In this document: one piece after another, positions 40,341 through 52,039 of the stretch
Layout of the letters: each line of letters starts with the position of its first letter
How positions within the stretch are numbered: the stretch's first letter is position 1
Assembly: GCF_006345805.1 (NCBI RefSeq)
Contig: NC_043001.1
Span: 105,834,001 to 105,898,000, forward strand
DNA from: Octopus sinensis
Lineage: Eukaryota
Length of the DNA stretch: 64,000 nt
Direction of reading: 5' to 3'
Position numbers and translations under genes: made by a program
The notes under the pieces: generated by a model
What the model was told of the DNA's origin: nothing
The model's input: the letters and a program-made list of their open reading frames with translations, nothing else
Databases searched by the model: none

Positions 40341-41509
40341 TTAACATTAAATTGTGTTTATTACTTTATATATTGCCTACGAAAATACACAAGCAAACAG
40401 ATGTATTTCGATGTAAAAATGGCTTTATACACTCATCATTTTCTTCTGGTGATGTTTCGCAAGATTTTATTTGCTTACGGTATGTATCAATTAAGATTCC
40501 TATTTGTAAAATGACCGTGTTCGAATTTTATAGCATTTAACATGCTAAATTGATATGTTATTAGTATATATTACCCGAAATTGTACATTGTTTATGCATA
40601 TACTCTTTCACTCATTGGTTAAACATCCTCCACATTATTTTGGTCGATGTGGTAACTTCAATCGGATTAAGTTATGAATTATATAAATTCAGGCTCCAAG
40701 CTATACATTTGATATATGGCTGTAACATTCACTAATTTTTAAGGTACCAGATGAAGTAAAAACGATATACATTCAAATATCTATAATAATGTACGAAACT
40801 TTATTGTACTTTTCAATTTGCATTTTGCCATCATGTTTATATATTCAATTTCGTTCAATTTACCCGTGAGAGTTGTTCAGATATTAAGTTTTTATTGATT
40901 TCTCTCGCCTACGCTAGCATGGTATCTTTCCATACACGCATACACTCTGATAGGTGTGTGCATATATACATATAAATATATGTATAAATTCATCATGTGC
41001 CTTTATGTGCTTCTGTGTGTGTGCATGTATATGTATATATACATATCTGTGTGTATGTGAATATATATATATATATGTGTATGTGTGTGTGAGTGTGTTT
41101 GTATGTATGATATATATATATATATATATACACGCATATACATATATACGCTCACAGGCACACGTGCACAAACAAACATATCATATGTGCATAACTATAC
41201 TATATATATATATGCACACGAACATACATACAGAAATAAACATATAGGAAAATATATATATATATATATAATGTAGAGAAAGTGAGAGAGAAAGAGAGAG
41301 GGGGAGAGAGAAGGGGAGAGCGAAAGAGAGAAAGTAATATGACAATCGCAAATTATATATTGTCTTCGTATGTTGGCTGATAAGAATTTGTCCTTTTGTT
41401 ACAAGTATAAAGCTAGAACAATATTAGCTAACCAATATATGCCGACACCTGTTGATGAATAATTATATTCTAGAGTCAAAATAATTAAAAATGTAAGTGC
41501 TCCAGCATT

Positions 41510-41720
41510 GCCGCAATCAAATGACAGAAATAAGTTTAAAAAATGGGTGGGGTGGAGTGACCTGATGATAGAGACAGAAGCACTCATATTCGCAGCTCAG
41601 GAACAAGCGTTAAGGATCAATAATATAAAATGCAGAATTGACTACACTACCGATAGCAAAAATGCAAATGTGTGGTGAGAGGGGTGAAACGGTATGGCAC
41701 ATCGTTATCTAATTCTAACT
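41510..41720 (+). pseudogene. R4/Dong-type LINE fragment (pre-CCHC region)
   Basis: ETEALIFAAQEQALRINNIKCRID...CGERGETVWHIV. Confidence 0.75.
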
Positions 41721-41870
41721 GGGCCCACAAGGTCATGTGTTGTTTATCTTGACATGAGATTGTAATGGCGCTCATACGTGTTTGTGATGCCTGTGTCTGG
41801 TGTGCCCCTATTAGAAGGGGAGTCATGGGCTTCGTGTATTTTACCCCACTGTCAATTTGATGGCATGCAC
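41720..41870 (+). repeat. Dispersed repeat also present at ~44380-44545
   Basis: Shared TTTATCTTGA...GGGCTTCGT...TTTGATGGCAT, ending at (TAA)n. Confidence 0.55.
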
Positions 41871-42029
41871 TCAGTAATAATAATAATAATAACAACAACA
41901 ACAACAACAACAACAATACTACTATTACTACTACTAATAATAATAAGCACGGCAACAACCACAACAACAATAATAATAATAGTTTCAAAAATATCCCAAA
42001 GCAATTTTCCGAAAGTTAGGAGACAATGG

Positions 42030-43070
42030 GGAAAATGCTGCTCCTGATGCAAATCAAGCCAATGAGTTCTGGAGTGGATTATAGGGAAACAATGCGGTGC
42101 ATAAAATGGATGCAATATGGATAGGAACTATCAAGACAGAATTACAAGGAGGAAAGAAAGAAAGGAATATTGCCATAAGCACGTGTGATGTGAAAGAACA
42201 AGCGGGTAAAGTGCCTAACTGGAAAGCCCCCGGACCAGATGGGATTCATGGCTTCTGGCTGAAGAGATGCCACTTTGTGCAAGAAAGACTAGCAGACCAA
42301 TATGAATGAGTGTGTCCAGAAAGGTACAGTCCCTGCATGGATGGTGACTGGGAGGACAACACTTGTAATGAAAGATAGAAGAAAGAAAATATTGTGGGGA
42401 ACTACCGCCACATTGTATGCCTAAACATAATCTGGAAGACAGTCACTGGAATATGTGCAGCAAAGACATACACTTTCCTGGCACAGGGTGAAATATTACC
42501 AAGGGAAGAAAAAGAATATAGGAAGGGTTCTCAGGGTACCAAGGATCTCCTGGTCATCGATAAAACAGTTTTGAGGCATTGTAAAAAACATCACACAAAC
42601 ATGTCTATGGCTTGGACTGACTTTAAGAAGGCATATGATATGATGCCTCATTCTTGGATCGTTGAATGCCTGCAGATGTTCGGTGTTGCTGACAATATCA
42701 CAAATTGTCTGATGCATTGCATGAAAGAGTGGAAAACCAAATCGTATTCAAGTAATGTATTCCTATATTCCTTGGAGAAGTTAATATTAGTAGTAGCAGC
42801 AGATAAAGTGAACATAATGTACCAGATAATTGACTTTACAGTTCCAAATGAAGACAAAACCAAATATGTGAGGTATAGAATTAGAGGATATATGGAAAGT
42901 GCGGGTAAAATGTATCCTAGGAATTATGAATGTATTAGGAAGTATCCCGAAAGATTTGAGCAGATGGATAGAGGAAATAGGTATGAATCTAGTTTAGTTC
43001 AGCTCCAGAAAACAGTGTGGTTAGGGGAGGCTAGGATACTTAGGGGGCTATATCGCATCTACAATTAATT
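42030..43070 (+). pseudogene. R4/Dong-type LINE: RT N-terminal part joined to an RLE C-terminus
   Basis: WKAPGPDGIHGFWLK; GNYRHIVCLN..KGSQGTKD..AWTDFKKAYD..PHSWI; then IIDFTVP...LQKTVWLGEARILR. Confidence 0.85.
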
Positions 43071-43169
43071 GTTGTAGCCCGATGTTTGGAATTTTTCTTT
43101 TCAAACAGTCTAATCTGTCGTGTGTATTTGAGTAATAATAATAACTAACTGAACCCGTGAGAAATTCAC

Positions 43170-43310
43170 GGAAAACAAAAAATGTAAGCATCGGTAAACA
43201 GTGCACTGGTGCCATGAGAAATGTTTGCATATTATGACCATCTGTCTTTACGTTCTGAGTTCAAATTCTGCCGAGGTCGACTTTGCCTTTCGTCCTTTCA
43301 GGATCAAGCG
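43170..43310 (+). mobile_element. SINE B-type fragment
   Basis: TTCTGAGTTCAAATTCTGCCGAGGTCGACTTTGCCTTTC. Confidence 0.7.
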
Positions 43311-43975
43311 TTAAGGACCAATTTATAGGAATTGACAACATTACCGATAGCGACAAATGCAGAATGTGTGATGAGAAGGGTGAAACAGTATGGGACATCG
43401 TAAGCGAATGCCCAAAATTAGCACAACATTAATATAATCGACGCCATGACAATGTAGCGAGAATCATCTATTGGGAACTCCACATGGAGCGAATACGTGG
43501 TACGAAGAAACCCCAGAAGGAGTCACCGAAAATGATAACTTCAAAATTTAGTGGGGATGTAATTATCCAGTGCGATCACCTGACTAGAAATAGGAAACCG
43601 GACAATGTTATGGGGAATAAAAATATGTGTGATAATCGACTTAGCATGCAACAGGATCGATGCGAAAGAAGAAGGAAAAATAAACAACTATGACAATTTA
43701 AAGTGAGAAATACGAAGCTTGTGATCAATGAAGAGAGTAGACTTGATGCCAATAGCAATTGGTGCATTTGGAAGTATCAGCACTCAACTACATGGCTGAA
43801 AAAGATTGGTGCAAGTGTGAAGGTAGAACACCTACAAAAATCAACATTGCTCGGAACTGCAAGAATTCTTCGCAGAGTTATTGAAGCATGACCAGGAAAC
43901 AAATGTTACCTTCGTCTGCTGGCTGTGGACAACTCAACACTTTCTTTCATCATATCCAACAAAATAAGCCGTGAT
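43305..43975 (+). pseudogene. R4/Dong-type LINE 3' end (CCHC, RLE, 3' UTR) ending in (TAA)n
   Basis: CRMCDEKGETVWDIVSECPKLAQ..RRHDNVARII; RKPD; LQKSTLLGTARILRRVIEA*, followed by TAA repeats at ~43982. Confidence 0.85.
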
Positions 43976-44994
43976 TTTTAATATAATAATAATAATATTA
44001 ATAATAATAATAATAAGTCCCGTTGCAGTACCAGGCAGTTGCTCTCATGGCTTCTGATATTAACTGATTGGAAGTGTTATCATGTACATTGTTTTGTCTT
44101 GGTATAAAAGATGGGCTACAGTAAATATTCTGTTCAATACCAAAGATTTGCTTGTCAGTTGTTTGACCTTAACCAGTTGAGCATGTCCCTTAGTGGCTGA
44201 CGATATGTCCATCTCTGATCACGAGCAGAAGTAGTGGGGGAGCATCATAGCCATGTGTTCAGAGGGATTCTTTGGGGTTTGGATAATTCACCTTTGGAAT
44301 TATCTTAAACAACCCTCATTTAGGGTCATTTTGAGCGGTATCGACTCAAATTTTTAACTAGTCCCTACCTGCACGGCTATGTGCTATTTATCTTGATGTG
44401 AAATCCGCATGTCGCTCACATACGGCTGTGACACGTGTGCTTATTATACCCTTATCAGACGGGTATTCATGGTGTGTATATTGGGCTTCGTATGCCCTGG
44501 TGTCATTTTGATGGCATACATTGCTCTCCCACTCAATAATAATGACATTTATGATACGTTTTCCTTTGTTAACCACTAAGGGTTCACAAACGACTAAAAT
44601 TGGGGACGATACAAGACACTTCAATGTGGGGTTACATAAAATAGAACGTGTAAATACTGAAAATCTTGAAATTAATTATAATACTGAAAACAATCCCAAA
44701 AGAGGGAATTCCTAATGCTGCTCGTGGAAGCCTCTAAAACAAAGGATGCCCAGACCACTAGAGCAACTGCCCTCTCCTTATTACCTAGAGTAGGCCCATT
44801 CACTCAGACCAATCTTTCCATATTCATCCTCCTTTCAACATAATTCCTGTGTGGCAGCACTCTACTCTCAATAAGGTAAAACGTGGTAAGTGCAGAGTAT
44901 GCAATCAGAAAGTGTAACGCGTCATACGTATAAGTTTCTGTACTTCTTTGGCGCTGAAGTATTGACGCGGACGCGATTGTTTGGTCAAACAAAC

Positions 44995-45180
44995 AGGAGT
45001 TGAAGAAGGCAGAAGATAGGACAAGAGGATGTCATGAGGGATGGTCACTTTAAGGTGTTATGGGACTTTACTGCACAGCCTGACCACAAGCTAACAAATA
45101 TCTGTCTGATCAAGAGAGAAAAAAATGCATCATCTTACTTGTTGTTATATCTGCGGACATGGATGTCACTACAACATAGA
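44995..45180 (+). pseudogene. R4/Dong-type RLE fragment
   Basis: FKVLWDFTAQPDH matches the KILWDF..QTD motif upstream of the PD site. Confidence 0.5.
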
Positions 45181-46210
45181 ATTATTAGTCTGTTAAAATC
45201 AATTCCCATTATTTACTGTACGTCATTCTTATCTCAATCTTCATTTACACCGGTTGAATATTTTATTTCGAATATAGAGCCATTTTCATCACGAATATAG
45301 CTATTTCCATTTTTTTAGCACAGAACAAAAAAAATCACTTATTTGATACATATTAAACCGACGAGAATTTTGAAACACTGGAGATATATGAATGTCAGAA
45401 TGTGCATATTTATTTATAACGTCATTTTATATTCAGCATTTCAGGTTTAAAATCAAATTGCATTGTTTATCTTCATATAAACGGTTGAGGCAGAGGGAAA
45501 CATTAAAAAATGCTGCAGGAAGAAATAAATAGTTAAAAGGAAAAGTAACTCATTTTCTATGGTAGAATGGGGAAAAAAAGCTTTAAATGCAACATAAATA
45601 GTAAATACATTTGATTTCACAGATTTATTTTCCCTCCTACAGTTGCATAATGTATTAGAAATAAGAATCGAAAGACACCGCTACTAAATAAATACATAAC
45701 AAACTTTCTCCTGAAATATTTCACAGAAATAATGTCAGAGAACAACATTTTGTGAGTGAAATATACACATATGAGATCTGAAATAAATCTATAAAACATA
45801 GCTGCGTGTTGTTTATTAAAACACTGCCATGTGTACGTCAATACACAACCCGGAATATGTCGAATGTCATTGTTTTTACGGATGCTTTTGCGTTAGAAAA
45901 TGTGCTCCTTTTAACAATCCAACGCCGTACGGCCTGTATATACTTACGCTAGTTTACACTTATCTTACTATTCGTTGATCATGAAGACTACGACTAAAAG
46001 ATATTGAAAGTGTACAAGAAGAATATTTGCATGTGTTTGCAGACTAATAGAAACAACTTTTATGTAAGTGATACGATGCCATTATAACGTCAATAAATGT
46101 TTCTCTTTCATCACATTCTACCGTTTACTTTTACAAACTATTTTCTAATAAAATCTTAACTTTCAGTACTGTAAGGATGGCACAGTTCTATATTTAAGAG
46201 ATGTGAAATT

Positions 46211-46745
46211 ATGTACATTTGACGGATATTTGTCCTCATCTTGTTTGTTGCTAACGCAACGTTTCCGCTGATATACCCTCCAGCCTTCTTCAGATGTCTT
46301 GGAGGAATGAGAACCTGGGTTCTCATTCCAAAGGTATTTTTCGATGTTTTTTATTATTATCATCATTATTATTATTGTTCAGGTCACTGCTTGGAATCGA
46401 ACTCGGAATAGTGGAGCTCCTAGCCCGTGCTCTTAACCACTACGCCATATGAGCAGCATATGGGAACCGGTATTAAGGAAGGATAGAAAAATATTAGATT
46501 TATAAGCGCTAGAATTCAATCCATAATTCCCATGGGCAGATGGCGTAGTAGTTAAGGGCGAGAGCTACTAACCCCAAGATTCTGAGTTCGATTCCAAGCA
46601 GTGACATGAACAATAACAATAATAACATCGAAAACTACCAAGACACCCGAAGAAGGCAGGAGGTTATATCAGCTGAAACGTTGTGTTAACAACAAACAAG
46701 ATGAGAACAAATATCCGTCGAATGAAAATAATATAAATAATGTAA
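46211..46745. mobile_element. Palindromic tRNA-head + (TAA)n + hammerhead element; both arms complete
   Basis: Left arm 46211-46450 (-), right arm 46541-46745 (+). HHRs at 46253-46298 (-, CUGAAGA intact) and 46642-46687 (+, CCGAAGA). Confidence 0.8.
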
Positions 46746-48289
46746 GGATCGCAGTTTACTTACGAATTGTCTTAGGTGAGTGAAATTGCGTCGAAAGAAA
46801 CTGTTTGGAATCCTATGACATAGATATAATGTAGCTATGATGCTATAATTCGAATTTGTGGCTCGGTGAGATATTGAGTTTTCCAGGATACAAAGTTGAG
46901 TTCACATGTCTGTGGGCCACACAAACAGTATACCTTAACTCTCGCCCTTAACTACTACGCCATATGCCCATGGAAATTATGGATTTATTTGAAATGTTAG
47001 TTGTGTAATTACTGATCAACAGTCTTCCAGCAAACAATTTATATATTAACATTTTCCGACTGTTATGTACGTAATTTCCGAAAATACGGAACATTATATT
47101 TGATTCCACAATACTACAGAGCAGTATCACGAATACAAGTTCTCTTTGTTACGCATCGATTTTTAGGATTATTTGTCTCTATCATCAAGTAAAGAATAGC
47201 TGGTGCGTATTTTGCGAGAATATTCGTTTTCCATTGGCCTTCTTCCCTTGCGGCATGTCTTATTCATTTTTGCGTTGCTAAAACCCGTTTTATTTTTCTT
47301 ATTATCAATTCATGCATACGTCCATTATGATCAAGGTAATACCTTTGTGTATTTCCTACTAGTTTCTCTCTTGACGGCGTAACCCTTCGATCATATAACA
47401 ATGAGGAATGCAGTGGAAAATAAGCTGCCAGCGTCTTGAAGGCCATGCTACCAGCATTAGAATGAAAAGTTCTACGTATATCTACGTGGTCTAATCAATG
47501 CATGTCATTTGTTGCGATCCTTGTGATGTATAACCAACCAATTAATATCTTATTAGCCCCTTGACTTTTCTGATACAATAAGCAATAGTTTTCACCATGC
47601 TAATTCGGCTTCCGCCATCCTGAATACGTTTGTATTAAGGAGATTCACCCTTACTAAATATATCTAGTTACCAGGTAATGGTGAGTTGAGGTATATGAGG
47701 TGTGTTGTTTTTGTTTTCCTGAAAGCTTCAATATTTCTCAAATTTAGTTTGCCTTATAGATTACATCAACCCGATTACACATTACAACAACATCCACAGA
47801 CTTTCGCGTAATAAAATACTTTATGAACTGCATTGATTCGCTTGAAAGTAAACATAAATATAAAAATTGCGATATTTTCTAATAATATTGCAAGTACGTA
47901 ATTTGATTTCAAGCCGCTGTTGTAACAATTTAATTTGAATAATTCTGCGCAACAACAATATAAAAAACAAGTAAATGTACTTAATATTCTACAAATGCTA
48001 CATTCAACCCGTTTCTTTATTAGCCACAAGGGTCCAACTTAGACAAACAGGAATAGACAGGACACCACAGAGGGGACAATACATAAACCGAATATGAATG
48101 AGATGATTATATAACAATGAAGTTATGAATGGTTGCATGCGCCCCTCATCACATGTAGTACCATTAATCTTTTTTTTACTAGTCTACTATTATCACGTAT
48201 TTACATAGCAATTAATTATCATGTTACATACCATTGCAAGTATTTGAACCCTTATATACATCCTCTAGAATTGTTCTTATATATTTTCA

Positions 48290-49435
48290 ATATTTTTTAA
48301 ACATAGCATAAAACATTTTACTCTTTCTTTTTTCCTTTTTTTTCTTTTTCTTTTTTTTTCCCCTTTCAATTTAACATACTTATTTTCTTTTTAGTAGCAC
48401 TTCATCAATGGTTCAATTTCTATTAAATCCACTACTGATGGCAATTCTTTGAATTCCACCCTTACTCCTGCTGTGTCAATATTATCTCCATACATTTCTT
48501 CCAATTTCTTATAATTTTCCTTTTCGATTACTATCGCCTTCATATCCTCTATATTTCAAATGGCCAGGCTTGTCACACTCTGTTTTACGCTGTATCTCCC
48601 CGAGAACAACGTGTCTGCTCCGTTGATTGCATCAACTGGAACCTTCGTCCTCGTAACCGACGGTACTTTCACTCTTACTATTTCATTAAACTTGACTATC
48701 TTCTCTGTTTCTACATTCTTTGGGTATCGCACGTAATACCATACACCGTTTCCTTTAATTTTCTTTCCTTTATTTGGAACTCTTTGTTCTCTCTGTTCCA
48801 CCTCCACTCTAAACAGTCTCTCCATCTCCTCTTCGGCCAGCTGAATTTCCGAATCCTTTTCCACCGGAACAACTGGTATCTTTACTTGTAGCTCCACTTT
48901 CTTTTTACTTGCTTTCTCTGTCACCCTTTTTGTCTTCCTTCTTGCTGGCCTCCTTCACAGTTTCTTTTCTCAGGTCTCCTCTCTTCTTTTTCTGTTTCTC
49001 TGGCAGAGAACCTAGCCCTCCGCTCCTCCTTCTGTTTTTGACCACAGTAAAATCATCCTCTGTTTCTTTTTCCTTTGTCTCGACCTGTTCTACTTGGTCA
49101 ACGCCCTCTTGTCTCTCCACCTGCTCCGCTTCTTGCTTTTTCTGGGTGCACCATGCCTTCATGTGGCCCTTTTCTCCACATGAAAAGCATATCGGCGGCC
49201 TACCCTCTACTGTAATTCTCAGTCTTACGTCTCCTGGGAGGACAATCTCTTCCACCACTCTGTTTAAATCCTCCACTGTTGCCTGTATAGTCAGTTCAAT
49301 TCCAGAACCCCAGTAGTCGACCTTCAGAATCTTTCCTTCTTTCATAGTATACATTATGGCTAACATCAGCAATGCCTCCTTCAGTTCGAGTGGCACCTTA
49401 CCCACTTGCACCCAGAATGCTACATACAACTGTTA
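48290..49435 (-). mobile_element. Zinc-knuckle gag/ORF1-like element, no pol, A-rich 3' tail
   Basis: YWGSGIE...VEGRPPICFSCGEKGHMKAWC (intact CX2CX4HX4C). The frameshifted frame continues to a stop at ~48395, followed by an A-rich tail. Confidence 0.7.
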
Positions 49436-49458
49436 CGATAAATATTCTTGTAGAATAC

Positions 49459-49690
49459 ATATTTCTTTACTACCCACAAGGGGTTAAACAAAGAGAGAAC
49501 AAACAAGGACAGACAAACGGATTAAGTCGATTATACCGACTCCAGTGCGTAAATGGTACTTAATTTATCGACCCCGAAAGGATGAAAGGCAAAGTCGACC
49601 TCGGCGGAATTTGAACTCAGACCGTAACGGCAGACGAAATACGGTTACGCATTTCGCCCGGCGTGCTAACGATTCTGCCAGCTCGCCGAC
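49459..49690 (-). mobile_element. SINE B, full length, with 14-bp target-site duplication
   Basis: TTCTTGTAGAATAC at both 49445-49458 and 49691-49704. Confidence 0.93.
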
Positions 49691-50864
49691 TTCTTGTAGA
49701 ATACCCGCAGTATTGTAATATATGGCAGCGAAAATTCAAGTGTGTCACAGTCTTATGTTAATTTAACAGCAACACCTATCATTTGACCTTCAACAGGATT
49801 TACAGCACATCGTCACTGAAACATATGCATAAAATTAATAAGAAAATACAATTGGAGAGATGTAACTCTATGCCAATAATATCAGACATTTTCAATTCAA
49901 CTAACATAAACATGGCGTCTGCCACTGATTTTCTGTTAATTAACTGGACTTAAGGAAAACGTATTACACAGGGGTGTTGGTGAGACTTTCACGAACTGTA
50001 CATACCGTCTCTTGGAACAACTATAAAAAGGAAGAGAAAGAATAAAAATATGAATGAAAAATATATTCAAAGATCAAATATAAGTCTTAAATTTGAAAAA
50101 AATCTTTTTGGTGGAATGAACGTAAAAATTTCAGTTAGATTCTGGACCCTACATGGCAAATTTACAACCAAATTCTACAAATTCTATTACAATAGTAAAA
50201 TATTTCTGATTCTTACAAAGAACGAATGGACGCTAAAAACTGTTAGCTTAGGGAGTAAGACGATTCAAGATAAAATCTAAAAGATACGAGATGATAGTGA
50301 CATCCAACTGGTTGTTATAACCTTTGCTTTTCTTTCTTTTAGATTTCAGTTGGGGTTTTTTTATATTACAAACAGCTGGAGAAAGTTTCAGTTTTGTTTC
50401 TAAGATATTCTCTCACATTTTCTGGAACAAATTTCCTCCTGCTTTCTGGTAATGTAGATTATTTGATAGCTGTGGAATTGCTTCTTCCTGCGATACTTCT
50501 TTCACTTTTAAACAGTGTCTTTGTAGGTGTCCTTACCAACGAGCTAACTTCCAACTGTGAATGATTGCACATTCGCAGAATTCAATCGATATCAAGAAAT
50601 TCTTTACATCCTTCCATTCATCAGGAATAACATAAACAGTTACATCTTTAAATACTCAAGATATATTTGTTCGATAATCTATTTCCTCTTCCGTTATGAT
50701 TGCGAAGTCGATAGAAACATGGAATTACGTGTTATCCCTTTCAAACAATGCAACGTGACTTAATTCTCTTCGAGGCTTATGTCATTATTTTGCATCTTCA
50801 AACCGTCGCTTCATGCCAAAATCTTCAAGTCAAATTCCAATAAGGTGTAGATTTTATCTTTTAT

Positions 50865-51225
50865 AGTTTACCTGTTTCAATCAATAGTCTGGGGCCATGC
50901 TGGGGCACAACCTTGGCGAATTTTTTAGTGGAGTGACTCGACCTCATTGCCTATAGTACTTATTGTATCAGCCTGTCTCACCGAACTGCTAAGTTACAGG
51001 GAGGTAAAAACACCAACATCGGTTGTCAAGCAGTTGTTGGGAAAAAGACTGCCACACACTCATATGTGGCAGACCTCTTTCAGTTTCAGTCTTCCAAATC
51101 CATTCACTCTACTATAGCGTCGGCCCGAAGTTATTGTAGAAGACATATGCCTAAGTTGCTACACTGGGACTGAACCCAGAACCATGTGATTGAGAAGCAC
51201 AGTTCTTACTACATAGCCACGCATT
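50865..51225 (-). mobile_element. SINE A, diverged
   Basis: Head, body and tail recognisable. Confidence 0.75.
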
Positions 51226-51409
51226 GATATTTCAATGATCATGGCACTCCGTCGGTTACGACGACGAGGGTTCCAGTTGATCCGATCAACACAGCAGACA
51301 CGTGTACCCTTAACGTAGTTCTCGGGGAGATTCAGCGTAACACAGAGTGTGACAAGCCTGGCCCTTTGAAATACAGGTATAACAGAAAAAAAAGAGAAAT
51401 TTGTAGTGA

Positions 51410-51578
51410 AAGCGTACCGCAGGGTTCACCACTGCATCGCCTGCCGAAGCCTCGTGGTGCTTTAAGTGTATTCGCTCAAAAAACACTCACAGCGTCCGGT
51501 CTGGGAATCGAAACCGCGATCCTACGACTGCGAGGCCGCTGCCATAATCACTGGGCTATTGCGCCTCCACTTTCAGTG
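51410..51578 (-). mobile_element. tRNA-derived SINE (third head type)
   Basis: GGAGGCGCAATAGCCCAGTGATTA...GGTTTCGATTCCC A/B-box-like head followed by a non-tRNA body. Confidence 0.7.
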
Positions 51579-51760
<182 letters not shown>

Positions 51761-51852
51761 AATTTTAATCCAAACGGGAAAACAAAAAACAACAACAATG
51801 GAACAATTACAGTATTATTATTAATAGGCGCTCAGGAAATGGAAGCAGAAAG

Positions 51853-51890
51853 GTATGACGTTTCGAGCGGAGCTCTTCGTCGGAAACATA
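51853..51890 (-). ncRNA. Minimal hammerhead relic, GUC site
   Basis: GUUU-CCGACGA-AGAGC UCC GCUC-GAAACGUC-AUAC. Same stem II as 34805-34839; U4 changed to C. Confidence 0.5.
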
Positions 51891-52039
51891 AAGAAGGAAG
51901 AGAGAGGAAGAAAGATCCCAAAGCGGGCAACAGGGATAGAGAAAAAAACGACTGGTGTTTACGAGTTACACATGGTGAAAGGCGGAAGTTTACGATAACA
52001 AGAGCAAAGTAGGTTTTTAAAGGCAAAAGAGTGGAGACA

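Noticed and set aside
46535-46605. Possible tRNA gene (also 18198-18265 and 51500-51578)
   Set aside because: No complete acceptor stem or terminator, and each is fused to a repeat body. These are SINE heads.
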